A program made the position numbers and the translations under genes. Shown here in pieces: positions 1-12,160 of a stretch of DNA of 64,000 bases. The notes under the pieces are model-generated. The model did not search any database and was not told the DNA's origin. It worked only from the letters and a program-made list of their open reading frames with translations. Every line of letters starts with the position of its first letter. The first letter of the stretch is position 1. This DNA comes from the human T2T-CHM13v2.0 reference genome, Homo sapiens: NCBI RefSeq assembly GCF_009914755.1, contig NC_060933.1; one strand, 5' to 3'.

Positions 1-452
1 ATTGTATTGTTATAAATGTTAAGTGTGCCTGGCTTTCAATCATGCACGGAAACCCAGTCTCAGTCCCACGGACAGAATGGGCGAGGCATGGATTCTGGGT
101 TGCAGTACCGTTCTGATTAGAAATAGGAAGTCTCCCCACCCCAGCCCTGGCCAAGAACGTGCAATAAATTGGAAGTTTGCCCCGGGGCAGCAAGAATTTA
201 TGCTGCCATTGAAAAGCAGGTACCAGTGCCCCTTTTCAGACAGTTTTTGATTCGCTCTAGACTTTTTTTTTTTTTAATAGGGAGGGAAAAAATTTGATAA
301 TTTTCTTTTTTCTACATGCACTTAAGACTAAAACACAGGTTTGGATTAATTTTATTTGCTTCCTTTTTCCGCTTTTCTTCCCGCAGAGCCTGATGGGAGA
401 ATGTCCAGGGCAGGGAAACCACATTTTTTGTAGGTGATAACTCAATGAAAAT

Positions 453-1210
453 TGGTGCTTATTTTTTACACTTCTCTCTTGTGGCTCTCTTGTGGTGCTA
501 TCTGTTTTAAGGTCTCCTTGAAGGCGCACTGGGGTCCCTGGCCATGCCTCGTTCTCCCTGCTTTCTTTATCCTGTTATTGCCTCCACAGTCTGTTGCCAA
601 GGACTCTAAGATCAATGCACGTCACTTTCCTTTCCACTGGGCAGGATAGCCAAGCACACTCCCTCCTGCGCTCTCCCGCCCCGGTGCGTCCACTCCCGAG
701 GGCTGTTATGAGGACTGGGTTGTGCCTACTTGATTTGAAAACACACACAAGCAATAAAAAGCCTCTTCCTGCATTGTCTGTGGTGTGACCATAGCAGATT
801 ATATTTGGTTCCTGAATGTTTGTGGTGCTAATTTCTGTGTTTGTTCCAAGCCGTTCAGTCATGCCATGCGCTGCCTCGGTAGATGGAGTAATGTACAATG
901 AACTCCATGAGTCTCTCCAGGGCTGCCTGCAGCACGTCTTTTCCAAGTAGCCTATTTGGATTCCCATCTCAAATGTCCTGGATGCGAGCGTCAGCGGCTC
1001 CAGAGCTCGGGGCGGGTGAGGTCCCCTTTGGGGAACCCTTTCCTGGCCATCGAGGTCGGGGGGCTGCCGTCTGTGGGCAGGAGGACCCGAGGGGCAGCCA
1101 GGAAAGGCGATCTCTTCACTGTGAAAAGTTGCCCGGGTGCAGCGCCTTTTCCTTCTACCATGGGAAATGCAGGCTGGGCCCTTGGGGTGAGCCTGCGGGG
1201 CTCTGGTGCT
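453..1210 (+). promoter_or_regulatory. miR-29 seed-match cluster in COL5A1 3'UTR
   Basis: 8mer TGGTGCTA at 493-500 and 823-830; 7mer-m8 TGGTGCT at 453-459 and 1204-1210. miR-29 regulation of collagens is established. Confidence 0.75.
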
Positions 1211-1919
1211 GTCCCCGACCCCCACCACCACCAGAATGCAGTTCCAGCTTAGGAAGCCACAAACAAGCCACCCAGGAGGAACAAAACACCGCCAGCGTGG
1301 ATTTTCCAAATTTCCCTGGAAAGTAAGTCTCGCTCTTGCCAAAGAAAAGTCTGGCTTGGAGAGTCTCTGGAGCCCAGGATGCCAGCATGTGCCAATGACT
1401 GTCACCTTCATCTCTTCAAAAGAAAAGCCATAGCCGAGGACTGTCCCGCGACCCCCGTGGACTGCGTCTAGGTCATGTGATTCTGTTTTCATTTCTCATC
1501 CCATCCAATTTGTCCTTTTCTCCTGTCATTTTCTTCCTCTGTGGTCCCTTCAAAGTTGTTATAATTTGTACTGAACTTCAAAATGTGTCCCGTTCTCCCC
1601 AGACCACTCTAGCCACAGTATATTGCAATAAAATTACTTCTTATATTTGCAGAAATTCTTTTGGTGTAATTTTATTTTTTCCTCTCAATATATATAATTG
1701 GACAAACGCTGGCAAAAAGAAAAAAATGGTAAGCAAAAAACCCAAGATAAAGTTTCGAGGACATCAGGCCTTTTGAAATACAATGTCAAATGACACATTG
1801 TACGTTTTCAAAAAATCCGCTAGACATGTCATAAGTTTTAACTGTAATGCCCAGGAAAGGATATCTTAAAATATTCTAAACTTGTGTAACAAAGGAATAA
1901 TTAACTGTAACAGTTTTTC

Positions 1920-1925
1920 AATAAA
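1920..1925 (+). terminator. Distal polyadenylation signal of COL5A1
   Basis: AATAAA at the end of the AT-rich UTR block, followed by GT-rich sequence (~1955-1980). Confidence 0.7.
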
Positions 1926-3786
1926 TCGAGTTGGGTGTTTCCACCGTAAACAGATGTGAGTGACTCTCTTCTTAAGTGTGGCCAGGCCCCTCCCAGACAG
2001 GACTGCACACAGTCCCAGGACGCTAGGAGCTCTGGAGATAACCACACTGGCCACCCAGAGAAAGGAAGGGATGGCCCCGGCTGTCCTTAGGTGGAGCTTG
2101 TCCCTCAGGAGTGGCCAAGGCTGGCATGGACAGCTTTGTGCCCTTGGGAGGATGTTAGAACGTAACCGGGCACCAGCCCGAGAAGTGAGTTTCAGCCACT
2201 GCTGGGTGTCCACACCACCGTGTACTGTCCTCACTCTTCACTCCTGGCAGTCAGCACCCTGCGAGAATGTTCTTGAAGCTCTCCAGCACTGCCCTTCCAG
2301 CTGTGTAGCAGGATTAGACTCCCTAGCTCCTTGTGGCTAGAGGTCGGGGAAGGCACGGGGCTCGTTGCAGCCGATGACCTTGAGCCCACGTGGCATTCGC
2401 CTCTTCCGGTCTGAAGGTGTGGTTCCCTCGGGCACAGCACCAGCCATGTTTCGTGGAGGGGCTACGTCACCAGCAGGTTCCCTGAGTGAGCCCCCTGCCA
2501 GCTTGTGAGAACTGGTAGCAGGAGCAGGAGAAGCACATTTTTGTTTTATTAAAGCCACTGATGTCAGGGACTGTTGATTACTCTGCCGAATAACCTAGGC
2601 CAGTGGGTCTCCAGCAGGGTCCGGGGAACGGCAGCAATGGCACCACCTTGTTAGAAGTGCCAGTCCCTGAGCCCCATCCCAGACCTGCTGGCCCAAATGT
2701 TGTGGGAGAGCTGAATCATCTGAAAGCAGGTCTCTGAGCAACTCTGCTGCACGTTCAAGCCGGAGAGCCAGTAACCTAGGTGATCCGGAATTGTGTAGGT
2801 GCTTAAGGACGAGGCGACTTTCACAACAGAAGGGTGGTCTGCAGCATTGCCCAGGGAAGCTGGGGCCATTGTGAGAGGATGGGAGGCTGTTGACCCATGT
2901 CATCCACAGGCAGAACATTGGGTACAATTGTTTGATCACTGTGATAGCTCAGAGGTAGATTATGAACTCATAACTTGCAACCCTTGGGGAGGAGGCTTGA
3001 CATGAAATGATGGTGGGCAGGCTGGATGCCTGAATTCCATGTGGCAAGGTACCACGTGGCAGACCAGCTCTGGAAAGAGCCAGGAATGAAAGGAAACGGC
3101 CCACGAATCAAGGATGCGCAGAGTTGGAAGAGGCAACCGTTTCCCAACATCAACTGTTTAAAGACCACATTGAGAGACGCCTTGAGGGACAAACGCCAGT
3201 TAAAACTCAGTCGTCATGAATTTGAGCAGCCCACCCCTTTCTTAAAATCCTGGAGTAGATTAGGATGGCGCCTAATAAATGCATTTGAGTTGGGAAAGCG
3301 ACTCCGGCAATGGACGCTCACAGTCGTCAAAGGTTGATGGGTCTGAAGGTCCTTGCCATCGAATCCAGAACAGGAGAGAGAGCAAGGCAGGTGGGCGGAC
3401 AGTCGGCGTGGTGCCTGCTGGTGGAGCAGCCAGAAACGCACAGGTGGGCAGCTGATCTGTCCTCCGGAGAGGCATCCTGCAGAGGGGCCCCAGCCTGGTC
3501 TGGAGGAGTCAGTGGCTCAGACTCACAATGACCCTTTGACCATCCCAGGCAGCAGGAGGCTTGAGGTCCGCTCGGCCGGTGGCTGAGCCATGGCACAGTT
3601 GTGGCCCAGAGTTGTGGGACTCCCCTCACACCCGTCATGCAAGGGGACTCCCACGATTTCTCGGGGTTGTAGGTGACAGCTCTGGGAAGTTTCCTGGGGA
3701 GAAGGAACCCTGGAGGGAGGGTGCATGCCCCCAGTCTGCCTTCCTTGCCTTCCTCCTCCCACTGGCCCCAAGGAGTTCTGCCACCA

Positions 3787-4190
3787 CATCCATTCATTCA
3801 TCTGTTCATCCATCCATTCATCTATCCATCCATTCACCCTTTCATCCATTCATCTATCTATCCATTCATCTATTCATCATTTATCCATCCATTCATCCAT
3901 CCATCCATTCATCCATTCACCCTTTCATTCATCCATTCATTCATCCATTCATCCATTAATCTATTCATCATTTATCCATCCATCCATCCACACATTCGTT
4001 CACCCTTTCATTCATCTGTTCATCCATTCATTCATTCATCCATCCATTCATCCATCTATTCATCATTTATCTGTCCATCCATCTATCCATCCATTCATCT
4101 ATCCATCCATCCATCTATTCATCATTTATCCATCCATCCGTCCATCCATCCATCCATCCACTCTTTCATTCATCCATTCATTCCCCCATT
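3787..4190. repeat. (TCCA/TTCA/TCTA)n degenerate tetranucleotide microsatellite
   Basis: Directly visible; produces the His/Pro/Ser/Ile/Phe-rich spurious ORFs. Confidence 0.95.
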
Positions 4191-4363
4191 CCTTCAGTGG
4201 CAGTTCATTGACCACCTGCTGTGTGCCAGGCGGGAGCAGCAGGGGAGAACCCACCCTCAAGGAGATGCCACTCCAGGGGACACGGGCTGACCAAGACCCA
4301 CAAGGCAGGGGTAAGGTGTGCCCAGAGGAATGAGACCTGAGGAAATGTAAAGGGGAGGAGACA

Positions 4364-4832
4364 ATGTGCATGTGTGTGGTTGTGTGTGTGTGGGGGGGGT
4401 GATGTGCATGTGTGTATGGCACGTGTGTGCATGTGCTATGTGGTGTATTTTGCATGTGCTATTTGTGTTTATGTGAAGTGTATGTGTGTTGTGTGTGTAC
4501 CTGTGTGTGTGGTGTGCCTGTGTGGTGTGTGTGTGTGCCTGTGGGGAGCTGTGCCTGTGTATGTGGTGTGTGTGCCTGTGTGTGTGGTGTGTGTGGTGTG
4601 TGTGTGTGTGGTGTATGCCTGTGTGTGGAGGTGGTGTTTGTGCATGTGCCTGTGTGGTGTGTGTGCTGGCGTGTGTATGTGTGCACGCCTGTGGGGAATG
4701 TGCCTGTGTGTGTGTGGTGTGTGCTGCATGTGTAAAGTGTGCATGCCTGTGTGTGTGGTTTGTGCTGTGTCTGTATAGTGTGTGTGTGGGTGTGGTGTGT
4801 GTGCCTGTGTGTATGGGGTGTGTAGTGTGTGT
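4364..4832. repeat. Degenerate (TG)n low-complexity tract
   Basis: Directly visible. Confidence 0.95.
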
Positions 4833-5866
4833 GGGGTGGGGATTGAAGTGCTCTCCTGGGTGACCAGGGCCACTGGGAAGGTTCTCTCTGCCTGGAGCCC
4901 AGCGGGCAGGAAGGGCTTTGCAGGAGAGGGAACAGCAGGGCAGAGGCCAGAGGGAGTGGGGAGAGGAAGGGGAAGTGGGAGGGGGCTGGTGTGGCCTGAG
5001 CAGAGATGGGGAGGGAAGCCACACGGGGCAGTAACCCAGACGCAGGCTGGGGGCGGTGCAGACCCATGAGAGTGGGTCACACTCCGGCTCCAGGTGTTTC
5101 AAAGATGGGGTTGATGGGATTTGCTGAGAAGAGGAGGTCGAAAGTGAGACGAGAGAATTCCAGGAGATGCTCAGCCACAGGCATGACCCCCACAGTGCCG
5201 CAGGAGCACACACACACGCTCACACACGTTTACCCACTGACAGCTGTGGCCTGGTGAGACCAGGCTGAGGACAGCTGCCTCAGCGACCCAGGCTCAGATG
5301 CCACCAGTGCCCCATGTGGCCTCGGGGAATCTGCTGCTCAGAGCTCCTGTCTGCCCATTTGCACATGGGACCCATGAATGGAGGAGGCACTCTGGCCATG
5401 TGGCCAGAGGCCCCGCTCCTGTCCTGCAGATGTCTTGGTGACGAAACCCGATCCATGCATGTGGAGGAAGGTGGGGGCATCCCTGGAGCTGGCCTGTGCC
5501 AGGCCAAAGTGCTCCTTTGAGCTGCCCAGGGCTGTCCTAGTGAGTGTCCTCAGGCTCTGGCCACCCAGGAGGGCCAGGGGCGTCTGCATTCGGGAGTGGG
5601 TTGGAGAAGGGGACGATGGGAGAGCAGGAAGCTTTTGCAACTGCTCCAGGGCCATTGGGAGGGTGCAATTGGCTGACACCCGGAACTTCATTGATGCTTA
5701 CCCCACGTGCCCTCTGTGTGGGTCCCGCTCCCAGTGCGGACACCACCTCCTAGCTCTCACTAGCTCATGCAGGCCTCTGGGGCCCTCCTGAATCCACACC
5801 TCCCAGGGCTGGGTCCTGGTTGTTCCCCAATGGGGAGCTGTGCCTCTCTATCACCAGCAGGCATGT

Positions 5867-7970
5867 GATCACACCTCCCAGGAAGCACAGGATCACACCT
5901 CCCAGGAAGCACGGGATCACACCTCCCAGGAAGCACGGGATCACACCTCCCAGGAAGCACGGGATCACACCTCCCAGGAAGCACGGGATCACACCTCCCA
6001 GGGAGCACGGGATCACACCTCCCAGGGAGCACGGGATCACACCTCCCAGGGAGCACGGGATCACACCTCCCAGGGAGCACGGGATCACACCTCCCAGGGA
6101 GCACGGGATCACACCTCCCAGGGAGCACCGGATCACACCTCCCAGGGAGCACCGGATCACACCTCCCAGGAACCACGATATCACACCTCCCAGGAAGCAC
6201 AGGATCACACCTCCCAGGGAGCACCGGATCACACCTCCCAGGGAGCACGGGATCACACCTCCCAGGGAGCACGGGATCACACCTCCCAGGGAGCACGGGA
6301 TCACACCTCCCAGGAACCACAATATCACACCTCCCAGGAAGCACGGGATCACACCTCCCAGGAACCACGATATCACACCTCCCAGGAAGCACAGGATCAC
6401 ACCTCCCAGGAACCATGATATCACACCTCCCAGGAAGCACAGGATCAGACCCCCCAGGGAGCACAGGATCACACCTCTCAGGAAGAACAGGATCACACCT
6501 CCCAGGGAAGACGATAGCACACCTCCCAGCGAGTGTGAGATCACACCTCCCAGCGAGCGTGGGATCACACCTCCCAGGAAGCGTGGTATCACACCTCCCA
6601 GGAAGCGTGGTATCACACCTCCCAGGAAGCACAGGATCACACCTCCCAGGAAGCACAGGATCACACCTCCCAGGAAGCACGGGATCACACCTCCCAGGAA
6701 GCACGGGATCACACCTCCCAGGGAGCACCGGATCACACCTCCCAGGAACCACGATATCACACCTCCCAGGAACCACGATATCACACCTCCCAGGAACCAC
6801 GATATCACACCTCCCAGGAACCACGATATCACACCTTCCAGGAAGCACAGGATCACACCTCCCAGGAACCACGGGATCACACCTCCCAGGAACCACGATA
6901 TCACACCTCCCAGGAACCACGATATCACACCTCCCAGGAAGCACGGGATCAGACCTCACAGGGAGCACGGGATCACACCTCCCAGGGAGCACGGGATCAC
7001 ACCTCCCAGGGAGCACGGGATCACACCTCCCAGGGAGCACGGGATCACACCTCCCAGGGAGCACGGGATCACACCTCCCAGGGAGCACGGGATCACACCT
7101 CCCAGGAACCACAATATCACACCTCCCAGGAAGCACGGTATCACACCTCCCAGGAAGCACGGGATCACACCTCCCAGGAACCATGATATCACACCTCCCA
7201 GGAAGCACAGGATCAGACCCCCCAGGGAGCACAGGATCACACCGCTCAGGAAGAACAGGATCACACCTCCCAGGGAAGACGATAGCACACCTCCCAGCGA
7301 GTGTGAGATCACACCTCCCAGTGAGCGTGGGATCACACCTCCCAGGAAGCATGGTATCACACCTCCCAGGAAGCACAGGATCACACCTCCCAGGAAGCAT
7401 GGGATCACACCTCCCAGGAAGCACAGGATCACACCTCCCAGGAAGCACGGGATCACACCTCCCAGGAACCACGATATCATACCTCCCAGGAACCATGATA
7501 TCATACCTCCCAGGAAGCACGGGATCAGACCTCCCAGGGAGCACGGGATCACACCTCCCAGGAACCACGATATCATACCTCCCAGGAACCATGATATCAC
7601 ACCTCCCAGGAGGCATGGGATCAGACCTCCCAGGGAGCACGGGATCACACCTCCCAGGAAAGCACGGGATCAGACCTCCCAGGGAGCACGGGATCACACC
7701 TCCCAGCGAGTGTGGGATCACACCTCCCAGGAAGCACAGCATCACACGTCCCAGGAAGCACGATATCACACCTCCCAGGAAGCACAGGATCACACCTTCC
7801 AGGAAGCACAGGATCACACCTCCCAGGAACCACGATATCACACCTCCCAGGAAGCACAGGATACACCTCCCAGGGAGCACAGGATCATACCTCCCAGGGA
7901 GCACAGGATACACCTCCCAGGGAGCACGGGATCACACCTCCCAGGGAGCACGGGATCACACCTCCCAGGG
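5867..7970. repeat. 24-bp minisatellite (VNTR), ~87 units, consensus GATCACACCTCCCAGG(A/G)AGCAC(G/A)G
   Basis: GATC recurs at 5891, 5915 and so on; translations show an 8-aa period (ITPPRKHG). Confidence 0.97.
6290..7790 (-). ncRNA. MIR3689: MIR3689 family hairpin cluster (a/b/c/d1/d2/e/f) within the 24-bp VNTR
   Basis: Reverse complements of recalled mature sequences match exactly: CUGGGAGGUGUGAUAUUGUGGU (6316-6337, 7108-7129), UGUGAUAUCAUGGUUCCUGGGA (6404-6425, 7172-7193, 7580-7601), GGGAGGUGUGAUCUCACACUCG (6530-6551, 7298-7319), UGUGAUAUCGUGCUUCCUGGGA (7749-7770). Individual hairpin bounds not resolved. Confidence 0.8.
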
Positions 7971-8394
7971 GAGCCACAGGTTCTTAATGGGACAAGGCCA
8001 GCGCTTAGCAGAAGTGTTCCTGGTGTTTCTTGGTGTCTGCCCATCAGTGGCCCCCACCTGGCTGCCTGTTGAAGTCATCCGGGGAGCCCCCTAAAAGTAC
8101 GCATTCTAGGTCCACCTCTAGGCCTTCTAAGCCAAGCCACCCGCGGGGAGGTGGTGGTAGAACCTGCAGTGTGTGAGGTCCCACACCCCACCCCATAGGG
8201 TTCTCTGCTCGGCTACACTTGGAGCTCACTTCACTTCAGCGGCATGGAGACAGTAGCCCCACCCGTCCCCACACACCCGCACTTCTGCAGGAAAGGGCCT
8301 TCCGTCAGAGCCCACAGCGGGCTGGGCCTGCAGCTGAATGAAGTCAACTACTTAAACGTCCTGAAGAGGGAAGGAAACCACACTGAATAAAGTT

Positions 8395-10518
8395 AGAGGT
8401 GTGCACATGCAACGTTCTGCATGCTTTAAAGTTACAGGTGTGCACAGGTAGCATTGTGTGTGCTTTGGATGGAGTTGGAGGTGTGCACAGGTAGCATTGT
8501 GTGTGCTTTAGATGGAGTTGGAGGTGAGCACAGGTAGCATCGTGTGTGCTTTAGATGGAGCTGGAGGTGTACACAGGTAGCATTGTGTGTGCTTTAGATG
8601 GAGTTACAGGTGTGCACAGGTAGCATTATGTGTGCTTTAGATGGAGGTGTGCACAGGTAGCATTGTGTGTACTTTAGATGGAGATGGAGGTGTGCACAGG
8701 TAGCATTGTGTGTGCTTTAGATGGAGTTGGAGGTGTGCGCACAAAGCACTGTGTGTGCTTTAAATGGAGTTGGAGGTGTGCACAAAGCATTGTGTGTGCT
8801 TTAGATGGAGGTGTGCACAGGTAGCATGGTGTGTGCTTTAGATGGAGTTGGAGGTGTGCGCACAAAGCACTGTGTGTGCTTTAAATGGAGTTGGAGGTGT
8901 GCACAGGTAGCATTGTGTGTGCTTTAGATGGAGTTGGAGGTGTGCACAGGCAGCATTGTGTGTGCTTTAGATGGAGTTGGAGGTGTGCACAGGTAGCATT
9001 GTGTGTGCTTTAGAAGGAGATGGAGGTGTGCACAGGTAGCATCGTGTGTGCTTTAGATGGAGTTACAGGTGTGCACAGGTAGCATTGTGTGTGCTTTAGA
9101 TGGAGTTGGAGGTGTGCACAGGCAGCATTGTGTGTGCTTTACATGGAGTTGGAGGTGTGCACAGGTAGCATTGTGTGTGCTTTACATGGAGTTGGAGGTG
9201 TGCACAGGTAGCATTGTGTGTGCTTTACATGGAGTTGGAGGTGTGCACAGGTAGCATTGTGTGTGCTTTACATGGAGTTGAAGGTGTGCACAGGTAGCAT
9301 TGTGTGTGCTTTAGATGAAGTTGGAGGTGTGCACAGGTAGCATTGTGTGTGCTTTAGATGGAGTTACAGGTATGCACAGGTAGCATTGTGTGTGCTTTAG
9401 ATGGAGTTGGAGGTGTGCGCAGGTAGCATTGTGTGTGCTTTAGATGGAGTTGGAGGTGTGCACAGGTAGCATTGTGTGTGCTTTAGATGGAGTTGGAGGT
9501 GTGCACAGGCAGCATTGTGTGTGCTTTAGATGAAGTTGGAGGTGTGCACAGGCAGCATTGTGTGTGCTTTACATGGAGTTGGAGGTATGCACAGGTAGCA
9601 TTGTGTGTGCTTTAGATGGAGTTGGAGGTGTGCACAGGCAGCATTGTGTGTGCTTTAGATGAAGTTGGAGGTGTGCACAGGTAGCATTGTGTGTACTTTA
9701 GATGGAGTTGCAGGTGTGCACAGGTAGCATTGTGTGTGCTTTAGATGGAGTTGGAGGTGTGCACAGGCAGCATTGTGTGTGCTTTAGATGGAGTTGAAGG
9801 TGTGCACAGGTAGCATTGTGTGTGCTTTAGATGAAGTTGGAGGTGTGCACAGGCAGCATTGTGTGTGCTTTACATGGAGTTGGAGGTATGCACAGGTAGC
9901 ATTGTGTGTGCTTTAGATGGAGTTGGAGGTGTGCACAGGCAGCATTGTGTGTGCTTTACATGGAGTTGGAGGTATGCACAGGTAGCATTGTGTGTGCTTT
10001 AGATGGAGTTGGAGGTGTGCACAGGCAGCATTGTGTGTGCTTTACATGGAGTTGGAGGTATGCACAGGTAGCATTGTGTGTGCTTTAGATGGAGTTGGAG
10101 GTGTGCACAGGTAGCATTGTGTGTACTTTAGATGGAGTTGGAGGTGTGCACAGGCAGCATTGTGTGTGCTTTAGATGAAGTTGCAGGTGTGCACAGGTAG
10201 CATTGTGTGTACTTTAGATGGAGTTGGAGGTGTGCACAGGCAGCATTGTGTGTGCTTTAGATGGAGTTGGAGGTGTGCACAGGCAGCATGTGTGTGCTTT
10301 AGATGAAGCTGGAGGTGTGCACAGGTAGCATTGTGTGTGCTTTAGATGGAGTTGGAGGTGTGCACAGGCAGCACTGTGTGTGCTTTAGATGAAGTTGGAG
10401 GTGTGCACAGGCAGCATTGTGTGTGCTTTAGATGGAGTTGGAGGTGTGCACAGGTAGCATCGTGTGTGCTTTAGGTGGAGTTGGAGGTGTGCCCATGTAA
10501 CAGTGGGTGCTTTAGATG
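8395..10518. repeat. 43-bp minisatellite (VNTR), ~49 units, GGAGTTGGAGGTGTGCACAGGTAGCATTGTGTGTGCTTTAGAT
   Basis: GGAGTT recurs at 8471, 8514 and onward; a few 37-bp and 45-bp variant units occur near the left end. Confidence 0.97.
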
Positions 10519-11614
10519 CAGACATAAAACATAAGCATATATTTTACATACATATCATAGGAAACATACCACTGCATGGAGATGTGGGAGTCAGATTTAA
10601 ATATTTCTAATATAATGAAACTACCCAGAGCATAAAAGGGAGCCATTCATTCTGATCCAACAATCTCACAAATGAGACTTTGTCACGAGAGCAATTTCAA
10701 CAGAGGAGAAGAAACAGGCTGAGGATCCAATCAAAGTGAGGCAGGCTGTCCAGGAAGGCCATGTGGCCATCTGGGGGTGGTGGATGTGCAACTGTAGTAC
10801 ATGGGAAGAGCAGACCCGGCGACAAGGTCCCACAGCCCTGGGGTGACCACTGAGGCATGGGAGGCATGGATGTTTGTCCAGATTTCCCCTGACAAAATGG
10901 CCTGCAAGATGAGAAAGCAGCATCCCCATCCTTGCCCAGGGGCCCTGGGAAGCCCATCCTGACCTCCCAGCAGTGTTCAAGGGGACGCTGCTCCCCCAGG
11001 AGAGCCCCTCCAGACATACAAGGCTCAGGCACACAGCCTGTGTTTCCAGTGTGGCCAGGTCTCCAAAGGACTCTGAGGTCTGGGAGACCGTCCCCAGCTC
11101 TGTGGGCTGTCCCCATCATGCCCTCAGCCTGGGAAAGATGGCAGGGGTTGGAGGGACTGGGCCTGCTCCTCCTCCCCTCCTGCCAGCTCCCCTCCCAAGC
11201 TGGGAGAACTTGCAGGCTGCCTTGGCTCGACTCAGGTTGGGTTGTGATGACCCAGTAGCCTCTCTTGGAGACTGGGGACTGTTTCTGTACCCCAGCCAGG
11301 AAAACACCACTTTCTAGTAATATCCCAGGAGTGAATACTTCCACAAAAGCCACATGCACTTTCTGCCCCAAACATCTTGCTTTTTTTCTTTCCAATTGGC
11401 AAATGGAAATCACGTAGGTTTGGGAGAAGCCTAATTCCCCGACATCTGTTGAGAACTGACATGTTTAACAGAGCAAGAATCTCACTACCCTTTGGGACTT
11501 TCTCAAATTCATTTTAAAACTAGAAGCCACTAGACTGAATGCTCCTTAGAAGGGTCGGGATGATTTCAAAGACTCTTCCTAAAGGTGGGAGACTGATCAT
11601 ATAAGGGCAGCCTG

Positions 11615-12160
11615 CTCTGTGCTTGCGTTCTTTACCGCTGTATCACAAATGATCCCAAAGCCTGGAGGCTCAAAACCACACCTGTGTGTCATCTCACAGC
11701 TTCCGAGGGTCAGGAATCCAGAAACATCTCAGAGGATCTCTGCCTCGGGATCCCTCTTGCCCCAAAATTGCAATCAAGGTGTCACCCAGGACTGGGGTCT
11801 TATCCAGAGCTCATCTGGGGAGAGCTCCACTTCCAAACTCACTCACTGTGGTTGGCAGCATTCGGGTCCTTGAGTGCCATTGGACTGAGGGCCTCAGGTG
11901 GTGACTAGCTGTTGGCTGGAGGCCACCCTCAGTTCTTTATGATGTGGACCTCCCAGCACAGCCACCTGCTCCATCACAACCACAAGAGGAGAGTCTGCTA
12001 GCAAGATGGAAGCACCATCTTTTATGCCAATCACAGAAGGGATGCTCCATGTCCCTTGCTATATTCTGTGGGTTGGAAGCAAATTACTATGCCCAGCCCA
12101 GATTCAAGGGGAGGGGACTCCACAAGGTTGAGGGAGCAGCTTGGGGAGCAGCGGTGCCAG
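11615..12160. mobile_element. MaLR LTR (MLT1-like), degraded
   Basis: Typical MLT1 motifs (atctcacagcttccgagggtcaggaatcc; tccacttccaaactcactca; cccagattcaaggggaggg). Boundaries approximate. Confidence 0.6.

Larger units (their letters stand above)
1..1948 (+). other. COL5A1: Distal 3'UTR of collagen type V alpha 1 (last exon, non-coding part)
   Basis: No credible CDS. AATAAA hexamers at 163, 753, 1627 and 1920; four miR-29 seed sites typical of fibrillar collagen UTRs; AGGG and ATCT indel motifs recalled for this UTR; synteny with MIR3689 and FCN2. End coordinate inferred from the last AATAAA. Confidence 0.85.

Noticed and set aside
575-1492. 305-aa minus-strand ORF
   Set aside because: Antisense to the COL5A1 3'UTR with no recognisable motif; plausible by chance in GC-rich DNA.
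3561-5213. His/Thr- and Cys/Val-rich ORFs
   Set aside because: Translations of (TCCA)n and (TG)n simple repeats.
5760-8094. Very long ORFs (750, 717, 559, 387 aa) on both strands
   Set aside because: They arise because the 24-bp unit is a multiple of 3 and lacks stops in most frames. Several overlapping frames are open and there is no domain similarity.
5867-10518. CRISPR-like appearance of the arrays
   Set aside because: Head-to-tail tandem units with no unique spacers, no cas genes, and a human context.
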